Below, piece by piece: positions 43,400-58,028 of a DNA stretch of 64,000 bases (positions are counted from its first letter, which is position 1; the number at the start of each line of letters is the position of its first letter). The notes below the pieces were generated by a model that had not been told where the DNA came from, made no database searches, and was given only the letters and a program-made list of their open reading frames with translations. The position numbers and the translations under genes were made by a program. This DNA is from Octopus vulgaris (taxonomy: Eukaryota): assembly GCA_951406725.2 (NCBI GenBank), contig OX597824.1, positions 12,524,001 to 12,588,000 of the forward strand, in the 5' to 3' direction.

Positions 43400-44710
43400 T
43401 CCATATGTGAATTTGTCTATGTTTTCTACATCTCAAAGATGGAAACTTGTCTCTTTATTGACATCACCTCCCTACAACCGTTAACAAAGTTACCATTATT
43501 GTATCATCTGATATACTAAAACTCTATACCACGATCCAGCACCAATATGGACTGAAGGGAATAAGTTTCTGGCTAGAAAAATTCTATTATGAAATACCAG
43601 ACAGGACTGAAAATGTTTAATTACTAAAGGATTAAAATTCATCCTTAAAAACAAGGTTTTCGAGTTTAATGACAACATTCATGAACAAATATCTGGGACA
43701 GCTATGGGGGCAAAAGTCGCCCCAATGCAAATCTAGTCATGGCATACATGGATTTCCAGATATATGAACAATGTAAATTAAAATACGGCTTGGATTTCCA
43801 TAAATATTTACCAGAAAACTAGAAACGCTACTTATATGACTTCCTTAAAAGCTCATCGATTCTGTACCAACACGCCGAACATGAACACGGGGGATCAATC
43901 AACAACATAGAAATTAAAATATTGTCCACACATAGAACAGATGCAACAATCAGACAAATGACAGAAGCTACACACATAATAGAAGATAAACCTAGCCTGA
44001 ATAGGAAACTGGAATGGAACAGACCACAACATATGACGGTAGAGGATCCCCATAAACTGGTTACAATATAAAAACCGAAAACACAATAAATAAAATACAC
44101 AGATAAATAAACAAATAGAAATAAATAACTATATAAGTTTTTTTTGTTTAATTAAAAAGATTTTTAAAAATTTATTATTATTTTTATTATTACTAGTATT
44201 GTTGTTATACATACATACATATATACATACAAGCATACGTAATGATAATAATAATAAGTGGATGTAAACACATGAACAAATAAGAATAAAGAAAAACAAC
44301 AACAACAAAATCAAATTACACGAACGTATATAAGCAGAAGATACAAATATTACAGGCATCCCTCCCACACACTAAATAAACATAGACGCACATAAAGATA
44401 TAAGCATGCGCAAATGAAGACATACAATAGAAATACAAAATGGCTGACGGTTAGTAAGGAGAGACACAAATAAGAAAGAAGAAAACAAAGGACCACAGAT
44501 GCGGTCACAGGAGTGTGACGAAAGAACTCTAGCCGAAATATGATTAAGATTAATGTAAAAAATAAATAACACTGAAGCAAAATAACACCAAATATATAGT
44601 GCGTCTGTTTTTTTTTTGGCTAAACTGGCAAAATGACAATTCCGAAATATAACAATATCTGTTTCAACACACAACTTCACATAAAATATCTTGCACAACA
44701 AATATACAAA
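43400..44710 (+). mobile_element. Penelope-like relics in copy C intron 5 (longer pseudo-LTR retained)
   Basis: Homologous to 13600-14742, with ~165 extra bp of pLTR. Confidence 0.78.
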
Positions 44711-44827
44711 TATACATGCACACACACATATATCTATCTCTCTATCGAAATATATATATGTATATATATATATCTATATATGTATAACCATATCTATATA
44801 TGTGTATGTTTGTATGTGTGTGCGTGT

Positions 44828-44863
<36 letters not shown>

Positions 44864-45357
44864 AAGCATTCATGAAACCATAACTTTTGAATTATTATCG
44901 GACACGCTCAATGAAAAAGTGCTTCGTTTAAACGAAGATGTGTTTTGTGAGGTTCATACCTGTCAATTTACCTCAGCCGTACACATTCACACGCACAGCC
45001 GCGTACACACGCACACAAAGAGAATGTACTGTTCGCTTTTATTGTAGCATCAGTAAATAGTTCTCAATCCAACTATCGTTAGATATCATTTAATGACGGC
45101 AGGAGTTTTACGTGAACTACTTGAAATTTCATACCCGATTAGTGCAATCATCGGACAGGCCTGTATCGCATATTATACATGATTCAGCGATCTGGCAAGC
45201 TCAAACGATATGGCTACTCTGTGAGTAAACGCGAGGAAAATAGCAGAGGGCATTAAGAAATATTTGAAAGGAAAAGAAAGTATAAAAATTACACAATTAA
45301 TCTATTTTCTCAAACTCTATTAACTATTAAAACAGGACAAATATATAAATAATTTAC

Positions 45358-45494
45358 CTGTACAATTTCTTTTCGACACTTCTCTTGTACATCCGTGTAT
45401 TTGGCCATACAGACAAAAGCCCAGGTAAGATGGTTAGCAGTTGTGTCAGTTCCAGCCAGAAATAAATCGCATATTGTGTGGAACATATTCTCAT
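45358..45494 (-). CDS. CYP copy C exon 5
   Basis: DENMFHTICDLFLAGTDTT...; 137 nt. Confidence 0.93.
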
Positions 45495-45589
45495 CTTCGA
45501 TGTAGAAATGATAATTAGATTTAAAAGCTTAATAATTTTCTCATAAATTTCCCAAGTTAATTAAATATATATATATATCTATATATATG

Positions 45590-45623
<34 letters not shown>

Positions 45624-45917
45624 TGTATGTATGTATGTATGTATGTATGTATGTATGTATGTATGTATGTATGTATGTATGTGTGTGTGTGTGTGCGTGT
45701 CTGTGTGTGAGCATATAAAGAAAGCATGTTTGGGAAAGAGAAAATTATATGGATTATTTATTATAGAATACTGTTTCTTCAAAATAATTTATAATATACC
45801 CTTTATATCTTTTATATTTTATTTCATGATTAAAATAATTCTTTTTGTTGTTAATTTCTGTTATTGACATCATTGAAGAATTATAAGAATACAATTAACA
45901 GCTCATACAAAACTCAC

Positions 45918-46074
45918 CAGTTAACGTTTCACTGTTTGGTTCCTTCTCAAGCGTCAGCAAATACATATCAATGAAATCTCTTATGTTTTCAGCATTAAAC
46001 GTTTCTTTATGTTCTATGATTTTATCTTTTACGTAACTTTTCACCATCTCCTGCTTCCTTATAACCTTTTGTAT
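45918..46074 (-). CDS. CYP copy C exon 4
   Basis: IQKVIRKQEMVKSYVKDK...RDFIDMYL; 157 nt. Confidence 0.92.
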
Positions 46075-46554
46075 CTATAACAAGACAGTCAACAACAACA
46101 GTAACGTATTTGCCGAATTAAATGTTTTACAATATAACATTTTTTATCAAATCACACTTAATTCTATGTTTATATCTAGTTGGAGCTGACTTTCTTATTG
46201 AGTCAATAAAAATAAACACAATTATTCACCAATCTAACCACTATAAACCAGTTGGTAATAAAATTATTTATTTCCAAACAACCAACTCCATATAAATTGC
46301 ACACGGAATTGCCTTTAACTGTAAGATAATTTATTTCTCTTGCATGGAATTGTTTTGAAGTAGCGAGTTATATATTCATATGTACACACACGCACACACA
46401 TTAGACATTCACTATTACAACACAAAAAAACCCAAATATATGGCACACTAGGCATAACAACAACGTGAACTTCCAACCTGTTGTCTCTTGAGGTTTCTGG
46501 GTGAGACTTGGAGCCAACAAGTACAGACATAAAGCAAAAGTCAATCATAGAACG

Positions 46555-46635
<81 letters not shown>

Positions 46636-47536
46636 TGCGCGTTTAAATTCGGAAAGTTTGTGAGGAAGCCGTTGCCCCAATTCACTGACTTTCCCGATGG
46701 CACGCAGGTGTCGATGAATGGTTGACTGACCAGATCCAAGTTACAATGGGATTTTCTTCCACCAGGGTTTGCAGGACGTCCTCATCGAGCTCTACAGATC
46801 TTCCAAGATGAGGTTTGTCTTCTAGTCTTCAGTTTCCGGCTCGGAGTTCCTGGAACCACTGTTGACACTGGCTTACGCTTATTGTCCGATCCTCATATAC
46901 TGCATTAATATCCCTTGCCTTTTCCGTTGCCTTCTTGCCTTTACTGAACTCATAAAGCAAAATATGCCAAATATGCCCCTTTGTCACTTCCGTTATAGAT
47001 TTGAAAAAGTAACGGTTAAAATCGAACTGCATTCTTTAAAACTTGCATTAAGAATTAAAATATGGTAAAATTGCCTTCTGCTTTTACAGGTAAAATTACA
47101 ACCTGCTTTTACAGGTAAAATTACTACCTTCTTTTATAGCAAGTTGATGCAGGCAGTTTATCCCTTTCGGCTCTGACATTTAGTTTATGCAACTGAAAAA
47201 TCTGCATTATTTATGTTTTTTTTTTCAATATGTAAACCAATTATAAAAATCTGAAAGACTCTCTCTCTCCTCTTCTCACAGTCTAATGAGAGGCGTTTTC
47301 AAAATAGTAGGGGTAAAGTCACATTCCCTACTTAACAGTAATATAGATTTGAACGTAGTATATCCGCTTTCTGCGTTCAAGGGATGAAATAAGTTAACAC
47401 AAAATTCCGGCATATTTTTTATCAAGCGATTATCTTCAGAATATTCTGGAAACCTGGATTTGAATTTTTAAAAATATACCCTGGATTGTAAAGTTGATTT
47501 AATATTCGTAATCTGATGTGAAGTTTTTATACTTAC

Positions 47537-47663
47537 GGGAGAATTCCACCGAAAAAATCTGATGAATGGAAAGAAATTTTCTGGTGCAAATACACTAATA
47601 TATTTGAACACATCTTGAAAATGTTGAACGATCTCCTGAAACTCAGAATCACTGTATTTGATC
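47537..47663 (-). CDS. CYP copy C exon 3
   Basis: RIKYSD...YISVFAPENFFPF...; 127 nt. Confidence 0.88.
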
Positions 47664-47775
47664 CTTCAAAAAGAAATCAGCAAAACATCATACATTCATA
47701 GCATGGCCGCAGTCAAATGACTGAAACAAGTAAAAGAATAGAAGAATAAAGAATACACACACACACACACATACA

Positions 47776-47821
<46 letters not shown>

Positions 47822-48299
47822 TATACTTTCAATAATAATAACGAGAAAAATGAATTAATTAATAATTCGGTATGTTGAAATAACCTTTATCGGTAACCTT
47901 ATACAAAAATTCTATAATTATAAGCATAATTATAATTAGTATTCAGCAAAATGCTTCACCACATACCGAATTAGAAATAGGAGTTAAATACTATTCTTCT
48001 ATAATAAGATATCTTATTTTTCATAGGTAAAGAGACAAAATAACGAATCCACACGACTTTGATTAATTACATACGCGTTTCGGGATTAAAGAGATGTAAA
48101 ATTCATATTTACTCACTTATTACCCACTTCAGTGTAGTATTTCACGTATAAGTTTGAAAGTACTTAATAATTAAATACGCATTCGACCAAGCGATATCGA
48201 ATAACTAATATCCAACAAACAGCACTTCCAAATTTATACGGACGAATAACGAATTCACACGTCTTAATTATAGAATTTATATATATATTTAAGATTGAT

Positions 48300-49515
48300 G
48301 CCTGTTCACGTTGAAGGTGGGAGACTTGGTGCACCTGTGCTGACACAGTCAGAACATGGACAGATGTAGCGAACGACCGGTAGAGCGGAAGTGGCGCGAG
48401 AGCTGGGTATCATTGCCAAATCTGATGTCTCGGAGGTGCTCCGCGAACCACTCGGTGAAGCGGTGTCCCTTTGACCAATGTACAGAGAAGGACAGAGGAA
48501 GCAAGTGATGCTGTAAATAACATTACTAGAGGTGCAGGTAAAGCAATCGGTGACGAATGGGCGAGCCATGAGTTGAGACTGAGTCTCAAAGTCATGGCCG
48601 TCACTGCATAACCTGCGAAGACAGAGGAATTGGGATTAGGGAATGGAGAGCTTGGTGTGGGTTGGGTGGGAAGTGGAGAAGTTAAGGTAGGAGTGTGAGT
48701 CAGTATCCTTAGATGGAGGTTGCTGACAGAAATGTCGAGAAATTCGATGGAAGAGTTAGATATAGTAGAGGAGAATTCGAGGTTAGGCTGGAAGGATTGG
48801 ACAGAAAAAAGGAAGGAGTCCAGTTGTTCGCGGGAGAGTGAGGTCACGCCGATACAGTCGTCTATATAACGACCGTATAACTCGAGAGTGAGACCAGTGA
48901 ATTGTGAGAATATTTGGGCCTCATCGTAGCCAATGGACAGGTTCGCACAGTTGAGGCTCATTCTCGTTCCCATGGCCACTCCCGAAACTTTTGGTAAAAC
49001 TCCACCGCGAACAAGAAGTAGCTGAGGGAGTGGAGAAGTTCAACCAGACGTGTGGAAATGTCAGGTTGAGGGTTAAGCCGATGGTCAAGGAAGAGTTTAA
49101 GCGCAAGAACTCCTTCGTTTTATGGGATCACCGTATACCGAGTCCTAATGTCAAAAGTGAACAGAAATTTGAGAGGTTTGAGAAGGGAAGCTGAAAGAGT
49201 TAAACAGACGGAGAGCATGATTGGTATCGTGAATGTGTAAGGAAAGGGAAGCTATTAGGGGGGCATGGACACGGTCGAAGTATTTGGAGAACATTTCCGT
49301 GGGGCTGTTACTGGTGGAGACAATAGAGCGGCCAGAATTGTTAGGCTTGTGAATTTTGGAAATGAAGTAAATAGTGGGTGTGCGTGGGGTACGGACAATG
49401 AAGTTGGAGGCGGTGGGAGGAAGACAGGAGGAGGAAATGAGGTCATGAATAGTGGAAGACACAGTCTGTTGGTAGTTAGGTGTGGGGTTGGAGGGGAGTG
49501 GGCAAAAATATGAGA
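48300..49515 (-). mobile_element. Decayed Penelope-like RT plus GIY-YIG in copy C intron 2
   Basis: Near-identical to 18270-19490. Confidence 0.85.
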
Positions 49516-49830
49516 GGTTTAGTTCACTGATGATCTAAACCAACGGTACGGTGCGTATGTGCTATAACCGGTCATCCGTGAGGTTTGGTGTTCACAACTA
49601 AGGCTGGATTTAGTGATCCGTAGTAGGCTTTCAAGCCTGCAGGTATATATTAAAGAAAAATGGAAAAGTAAACCAAGGCAGGACGAGTATCTCAGGTCAT
49701 TTAGAATATTTGATTGAAGTGAATCAAAAATGGAGAAATAGAAGTTGTTACTCCGACTCCATTTCTGATTCATCTTACTCTAACTAAATATTCTACATGA
49801 GATACTCATTCCGCCTTGGTTTTATTTTTC

Positions 49831-49879
<49 letters not shown>

Positions 49880-50689
49880 CATACATACATACATAGACAA
49901 ATACGGAAGGAATCAAGAATATTTGCATAATGTAAACAAAATTTAGCTAAATTAAATAACTCAGAGTGACCAATAGCATGTATTTGAATAACATAGACGG
50001 AAAACAGGTATATTAAATATGATACAATATAAATTCATGTTTTGCTAGAATGATACAAGCTTCTAGAAAGTGTGTTGGCATTACCAAATGATAATTGAGA
50101 ACAACATCTTAAAAGAAAGGGAGATAAGCTCAAAGAACAAGAATTCTCCATGTATACACCCAAACATACGCATTCACACACCCACGTATATATACACACA
50201 CACACTCACATACACACATTCTTTTATTCTCACATTCTTTTACTTGTCTCAGACAGTTGATTGCGGTCATGCAAGAGCACCACTTTGAAGGGTGCTTTAG
50301 TCAAATAAATCAAACACAGGACTTATTTCTTAAGCCTAGTACTTATTCTATTGAAGTCTTTTGCTGAACCGCTAAGTGACGCGGACGTAAACACACCAGC
50401 ATTGGTTGTCGAGTTATGATGGACACACAAACACACACACAGACGCACGCACAAACATACGCACTCAAACACATACATACACACGACGGGCTTCTTTCAG
50501 TTTCCCTCTAACAAATCCACTCACAATGCTTTGATTGGCCCGAGGTTAAAGCAGAAGGCTCTAATCCAAGTGCTACGTCGTGGGACTGAACCTGGAACAA
50601 TGTGGTTGGGAAGCAAACTTCTTACCACACAACTAACGCAAACACAAACATACACACCCATATATTTCTGGATCTGTACTGCTACTCAC

Positions 50690-50915
50690 CTTTTACCAAA
50701 TATGATATTGTATATGACACTCGAAGTGAAGAGTGACAACTGTTTATTCAAGGAGAACGGTTTACCATTCTGAGATTGAAAAGTTTCGCCTAATCTCTGG
50801 GTTTCTAAAAACATCTTTTCTTCCAGAACTTTTTTGCCTACTCCTAGATCCCGAAGTGCTGACATGGTAAACTTTCTCTGGTCTTTCCATTGTTTTCCAG
50901 AACTAAATGCGATAC
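50690..50915 (-). CDS. CYP copy C exon 2
   Basis: GIAFSSGKQWKDQRKF...; 226 nt, canonical splice sites. Confidence 0.92.
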
Positions 50916-51121
50916 CTGAAACAATGAAGGTAAAAATAAGCTTTTCAACCTATATTTTGTTTTGAAGTATTTAAAACTGAGAAGAATATTTGAAAATATT
51001 AGAAACAATATCGAGATATTAAACATTTAGAGATTGTTTTGAATTCTTCGTTACGCATAGAATTCCTCAATACATATACATATATATATGTGTATATGTA
51101 TATATATATGTACATATATAA

Positions 51122-51285
<164 letters not shown>

Positions 51286-51645
51286 ATATAAAAATAACAG
51301 GAACCAAGAGGTGGAACGAAACGACGAATCGGAACGAACCTGACGTGGGGCGCTGTCAGACAATAATGTGATAAATAAAAATATATGCATACATACAAAC
51401 ATATATGTACGTACCTACATCTACATGTATATATACATGCATATATAAAAAATTATACGTGAGTACAGGATACCACAATAAGACGTAGAAACGGGAAAAA
51501 CAAAAAAACAAAAAACAAGAAAACGAAAAAACAGTTACTGGACGTGCTACACCGTCATCAGCTGTCGCTAGTAGACTCAAGCATGTTTCGAAGGCAAGAG
51601 GGAACACTAATCCACTAGGCCTTCCTGCGAGAGAATTAAAATAAA

Positions 51646-51713
<68 letters not shown>

Positions 51714-51930
51714 ATTAGAGATAAAACCACTATTAGGCAACTCAAACAGTGAAAGACATAAACCAAAACAGAAATAAAAATAATTAATATAATATACAAA
51801 ATATAAAATTTTAAATTTAAATTATTTAAATTTAAATTTAAAAAGTTTTAATTGTTAATTTATATTTATAAATTTATATATATATATATATATATCTATA
51901 TTTATATATGCATATATATATCTATATTTA

Positions 51931-52003
<73 letters not shown>

Positions 52004-52034
52004 AATAAATATATATGTGTGTGTGTGTGTGTGT

Positions 52035-53150
52035 GAAAGAATAAGTTCAAGTAGAACAATTCAAAAGTTTTGGGAGAGTCCAAAAAGATATATTTCTAAT
52101 AATTATTCATCATATTAGAATGATATCCTGCTAAAGCAAGCAATTAAAATATGAAAATAACAAGTAAAGAGTTTGTTATAGGCATGTATAAGATAAAATC
52201 TTATATAAAACAGTACAAACAATTAGAAAAAAGAAACCTATACCATAAGTTCGAATGGGTGACTCGCCTAAAACAAACCACCATAGATATAAGGAAAGCA
52301 AGAATATCATCATTTGGATTATAATTCCTTTTGCTAAGCATTGAAAGTCAGATATATTAGATCCATTATTAAATAAAATAAAATGAAAAAACTCTAGATA
52401 TGCTAATATATTCAATAACAAAATTATCAGATTTGGTTTTTCTGTAGCTCCCAACTTATTTAAGATTATTTCCACTTTTAACATGAGAAAATTAAACAAA
52501 TTCTACAATGAAAAAACCCACTCTACTACACATACTAACCTCAATAATTCCAATAACTCCATATCTATTAACAACGACTATCATAATCACATAACCCCAA
52601 TTTCCCTTAATGCATATAGGCATTACAATAGACTTTCCAATATTAGTCCTAATTGTAACTGTAGACACCCAAATACCTGTGGGGTAAAAGGTAACTGTAA
52701 AAAGAAAAATGTAGTATACCAAGCTACTATTACAACCCATAATCTCTCTAAGTTTAATTATAGAGGTTGTACACAGAACATATTTAAATTGAGCTTCAGT
52801 AACCATAAGTCACCTTTTAATGACCCTCGGAACGAAAATAGTACCGGTCTATCAAAAATGGTTTGGCAAATGAAAAGAGATAACATAGATAACACAATTT
52901 CTTGGAAGATTATTTCTTCTGCTCCTTCTTATAGGATTAGCAATAGGACATGTCTTTTATGCCTAAAAGAATATTATAAAATCATGAAAATGAATAATTC
53001 TCTCATAAATTCGAGAGATGAGTGTGATTTTTCTTGTAAACATGTCTAAATTTCTTTTTATTAACCTTAAATAGGTCTTTTTCTCCACAACCACTTTCTT
53101 CATATTGGTTCTTATTCAACTCATTACCTCTCCCTATTTCTTCATATAAT
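52035..53150 (+). mobile_element. Penelope-like GIY-YIG fragment, copy C paralog
   Basis: ORF 52483-53049, near-identical to 25741-26283. Confidence 0.82.
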
Positions 53151-53206
53151 ACCCCCAATTTACATATCTACTACACACACACACACATATATATATATGT
53201 ATATGA

Positions 53207-53258
<52 letters not shown>

Positions 53259-53288
53259 GGTTGTGTATGTATGTATATGTGTATGTGC

Positions 53289-53326
<38 letters not shown>

Positions 53327-53684
53327 GCATATTTGTATATATATTGTATGTATGTGTGTATGTATGTGTGTATGCATGTGTATGTATGTATGTATATGCG
53401 TATATATGTATGTATGCAAATATATGTGTAAATATGCGTATATGTATGTATGAATGTAAGTGTCCATGCATATATATGTGTATGTGCGTATATGTATATG
53501 TATGTGTATACGTGTGCATGTGTGTGTATGTATATATATGAGTGTGTATATATGTATGTATATATGTATGTATATATATGTATATGTATGTGCGTATATA
53601 TGTATATATGTGTATATGTTTGCATATCTATATCCGTATGTGTATGCATGTATACACATGTATATGTGTATATATATATTTGTG

Positions 53685-53736
<52 letters not shown>

Positions 53737-53970
53737 CAACAATTGAGGGTAAAATTAATTAATTAATCAATTTCACCAAGTATTCAGTATACAAAGGGAC
53801 CATTTAAGGCGAATTCAAATTATTACATTATATAAAAGGGCTTAGTAAAATAAATTACTTTGCCGCATACTGAATCTTTAAGTATTGGAGATAGTTTTAA
53901 AAAAGTTTTTTAGCTGCTATTTCTAATGAGTTCAGTATGCGGCAAAGTAATTTATTTTACTAAGCCCTTT

Positions 53971-54038
<68 letters not shown>

Positions 54039-54633
54039 ATGTAATTGTGTATGTATGTATATGTATATATATATATATATATAATATATATATATTGATA
54101 TATATTGTTACTATTATTTTTCATATACCTATGTGAGTATTTTTTTCCTGTACATACATCAATATATTTCTTGTGTGTAGTTCGTATGTATGTTGACAAT
54201 AAATTTATACAATAATCCATAAATTCAAAATAAGAGGTCGTGAATAAAAAGGAAAAGAAATAAACAAATAAAAGTGAACAGATAAAGTATATAAGATAAC
54301 ATATCTTTGTGTCTTCAGAGTCGTATATCTGTTGAAAGATAGTGTCTGCATTAAAGTCGTTTTGGTCGCTGTGACGGTACAACTTACCTGTTTAGTAACA
54401 TCACACTGCTGTCTGTAGCAAAGAATTGTGGGAGATTTACGGCACCGATTAATTTAGTAACGGGCTGCTAGTGGAAATATTAACTATGTTTACCTACTTT
54501 GCCTTTCATCCTTTCGGGGGTCGATAAAAGAACTACAAATTGAACACTGGGGTCGATGTAACACTGGGTCGACTTACCCTCCTCCCAGAAAGTGCTGGCC
54601 TTGTGCCAAAATTTGAAACCATTATTATTATTA

Positions 54634-54683
<50 letters not shown>

Positions 54684-54908
54684 CGTTACCGCGTCGAGCA
54701 AAATGCTTAGCGGAATTTCGTCTGTCTTGACGTTCTGAGTTCAAATTCCGCCAAGGTCAACCTTGCCTTTCATTCTTTCGGGGCCGATAAATTAAATGCT
54801 AGTGAAACACTGCGGTCGATGTGATTGACTAGTCCATTTCCCCAAAATTCAGGCCCTGTGCCTATATTATTATTATTATTATTATTATTATTATGATTAT
54901 TATTATTA

Positions 54909-54946
<38 letters not shown>

Positions 54947-54952
54947 GAATGA

Positions 54953-55535
54953 TAGAGCAGTGCATGCCATCAAAGTGACACTGGGATAAAATATACGAAG
55001 CCCAGTATACCCATCATGACTATCCGTCTGATAAGGGTACACTAGGCACATGCATCACAAACATATGTGCGCGACATGGGGATCTCATATCAAGATAGTC
55101 AGCGCATGACCTTGCAGGTGGGTCCCATCTCGCTCAAAAGGTCTTTGAAGAAAGGTTGTTTGAGGATGTTGAACGAGATACCCATGTTTCCAAAGGGAAT
55201 TATCAAACCCCAAAGAATTCCTCTCAACACACATAGCCATGTGTTGAGAGGGATTCTTTGGGTTTGAATAGTTCACCTCTGGAAACATGGGTGGTTCTTT
55301 CAACATTCTTAAACAACCCTTATTCAGGGACCGTTTGAGCGGGATGGGCTACTCAACATGAAGAAAATTCTACAAGGTCATGTGCTGTTTATCTTGATAT
55401 GGGATCACCATGTCGCTATATATGATTGTGATGCATGTGCCTGGTGTACCTTTATCAGACGGATAGTCATGATGGGTATATTGGGCTTCGTATATTTTAC
55501 CCCAGTGTCACTTTGATGGCATGAACTGCTCTCCT
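54953..55535. mobile_element. Fully palindromic (foldback/MITE-like) non-coding element; partial copy at 57730-57905
   Basis: 54955-55115 is the reverse complement of 55372-55533; inner arms also pair up to the centre ctctcaacac-acatagccat-gtgttgagag (~55221-55250). Confidence 0.82.
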
Positions 55536-55537
55536 CC

Positions 55538-55571
<34 letters not shown>

Positions 55572-55677
55572 TTACCAATGTATACTATGAGTTTCTTTGC
55601 CCTAGGAGTCGGGAAGACACTCGGCAAGAAATGGAAGCAAATTTGAATGAAGAAAAAAAAGTAATACTAATAATAAT

Positions 55678-55740
<63 letters not shown>

Positions 55741-55742
<2 letters not shown>

Positions 55743-57540
55743 GAGCAGAAAGGATGCCGCAAAGGCTCATATGGCTGTAAAGATCAACTAATGATTAATA
55801 AAGCCGTAACTGAAGACAGCCACAGAAAGAAGAAAGGCCTCAGTATGGCCTGGATTGACTACAAAAAGGCGTTTGATAGCATCCCCCACACATGGATCCT
55901 TGAAACACTGCAAATGACAAACAGCTGGAAACACTATTAAAGACAGTTCATGGATTTACCAAAGAAATAGATATGAAATTTGGATTAGAAAAATGCGCCA
56001 AAGTAACCATGAAAAGAGGAAAACTAGTTAAGAGTAACAACATCACACTAGATAAAACCAATGAAATAAAAGAATTAGACCAAAGCCAAACTTACAAATA
56101 CTTAGGAATCCATGAACTAGATAAGACACAACACACACAAATGAAAGAGAAAATAAAAAAAGAATATTATAGACGAGTTAGATCAATACTAAAAACAGAG
56201 CTCAATGCTAAAAACAAGATAATAGGTATCAACACTTTAGCTGTCCCAGTTATAAGTTACAGCTACAATATCCTTAACTGGACACGAAATGAACTGTCCA
56301 AAATAGATAGGAAAACAAGAAAAATACTGACAGGATCTAGGATGCATCACCCAAAATCTGACATAGAAAGACTATATATACAACGTATAGAAGGTGGTAG
56401 AGGCCTTATACAGCTGGAAAACTACTATAAAATAACCACCATAGGACTGCAAAAATACCTACTTCAGAAGGAAGGAAAACTGATCCAGATAGCAGCAAAA
56501 CACGAGCAAAACAAAAAACTGTTCTCAGTATTTAAGGAAGCTGACAAATACAAACAAGAAATCATACCACATAATAAACACAAAGAAGAAGAAGAAGAAG
56601 AAGATGAAGAAACAACAAAAGCTATAAAACAAATGAAATCCAAACTAAAAATAGAACAGCAACGAATCATGATAAAACGATGGCAAGAAAAGCCCCTTCA
56701 TGGTAAATACTGGACTAAACTAAACGCAAAAGAAATAGACAAGGAAAAATCCCAGCAATGGTTGAGAAGCTCAGGACTCAAAGCAGAAACAGAGGGATTT
56801 TTAATTGCAGCACAAGACCAAAGCCTCCCCACCAGAAATTACCAAAAACATGTAATGAAAAGAAATATTACAAGTAACTGCAGAATATGTGGAGATGGAC
56901 AAGAAACAATAAATCATATTATCTCTAGCTGCCCAGTCCTGGCTAAGAAGGAATATATTCACAGACATGACAGAGTTGGAACCTACATACACTGGAAGCT
57001 ATGCCAACATTATGGAATAACAACAGAAAAAAGATGGTATAGGCACACACCAGAAAAGGTTACAGAAAACGAGAAAGCAACAATACTCTGGGATATGCCG
57101 ATACACACAGATAGAGAAATTAAGGCAACAGACCAGATATAGTTGTCAGAGATCATGAAGAAAAAAATGCTTTCTAATTGATGTATCAATACCGGCAGAT
57201 GACAACGTGTCTCTAAAAGAAATGGAGAAACTCTCAAAATACAAAGACCTGGAAATAGAGGTAACTAGAATGTGGAATCTGAAAACAGAAACAATTCCTA
57301 TCATAGTAGGTGCATTAGGCATGATAAAAAAATATTCAGACAAATACATAACAAAAACACCAGGACTTACAAACACATATATCATACAGAAAATTGCACT
57401 ACTAGGCACTGCACACATCCTACGCAGAGCACTTTCCATACAATAACCATCAGAGCATCACAACAAATCACAGCACATACCCAAGGCACACAGAGCTGCG
57501 CTCGGTAGTGAAGTGAAAGTACGCTATAAAAATAAAACTA

Positions 57541-57545
<5 letters not shown>
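55741..57545 (+). mobile_element. Second copy of the same RLE LINE, 5'-truncated with internal deletion (~55908), embedded in (AAT)n
   Basis: ORF 55973-57142 is nearly identical to the matching part of 29102-30748; near-identical 3' UTR ending aaataaaactactg(AAT)n; (AAT)n on both sides. Confidence 0.92.
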
Positions 57546-57733
<188 letters not shown>

Positions 57734-57904
57734 TGAGAGAGTTGTGCATGCCATCAATGTGACTACTCGTCTGATAAGGGCACACTAGGCACATGCATCA
57801 CAATCATATGTGCGCAACATGGTAATCTCATATCAAGATAAACAGCACATGACCTTGCAGGTGGGGCCCAGTTAGAATTTTCTTCTGGTCGAGTAACCCA
57901 TCCC

Positions 57905-57979
57905 ACTTTTTTCTATACTTCTCATATTAATCTTTTCATCATTTGAGACTGTAGGGTCAATCATCTGACACTTTCTTAT

Positions 57980-58028
<49 letters not shown>

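Noticed and set aside
51535-51635. Second hammerhead-like motif (GAAGGC..GCCUUC-GAAAC and CUGAUGA on the minus strand)
   Set aside because: The elements are not in an arrangement giving a convincing stem I plus core; at best a degenerate pLTR motif.
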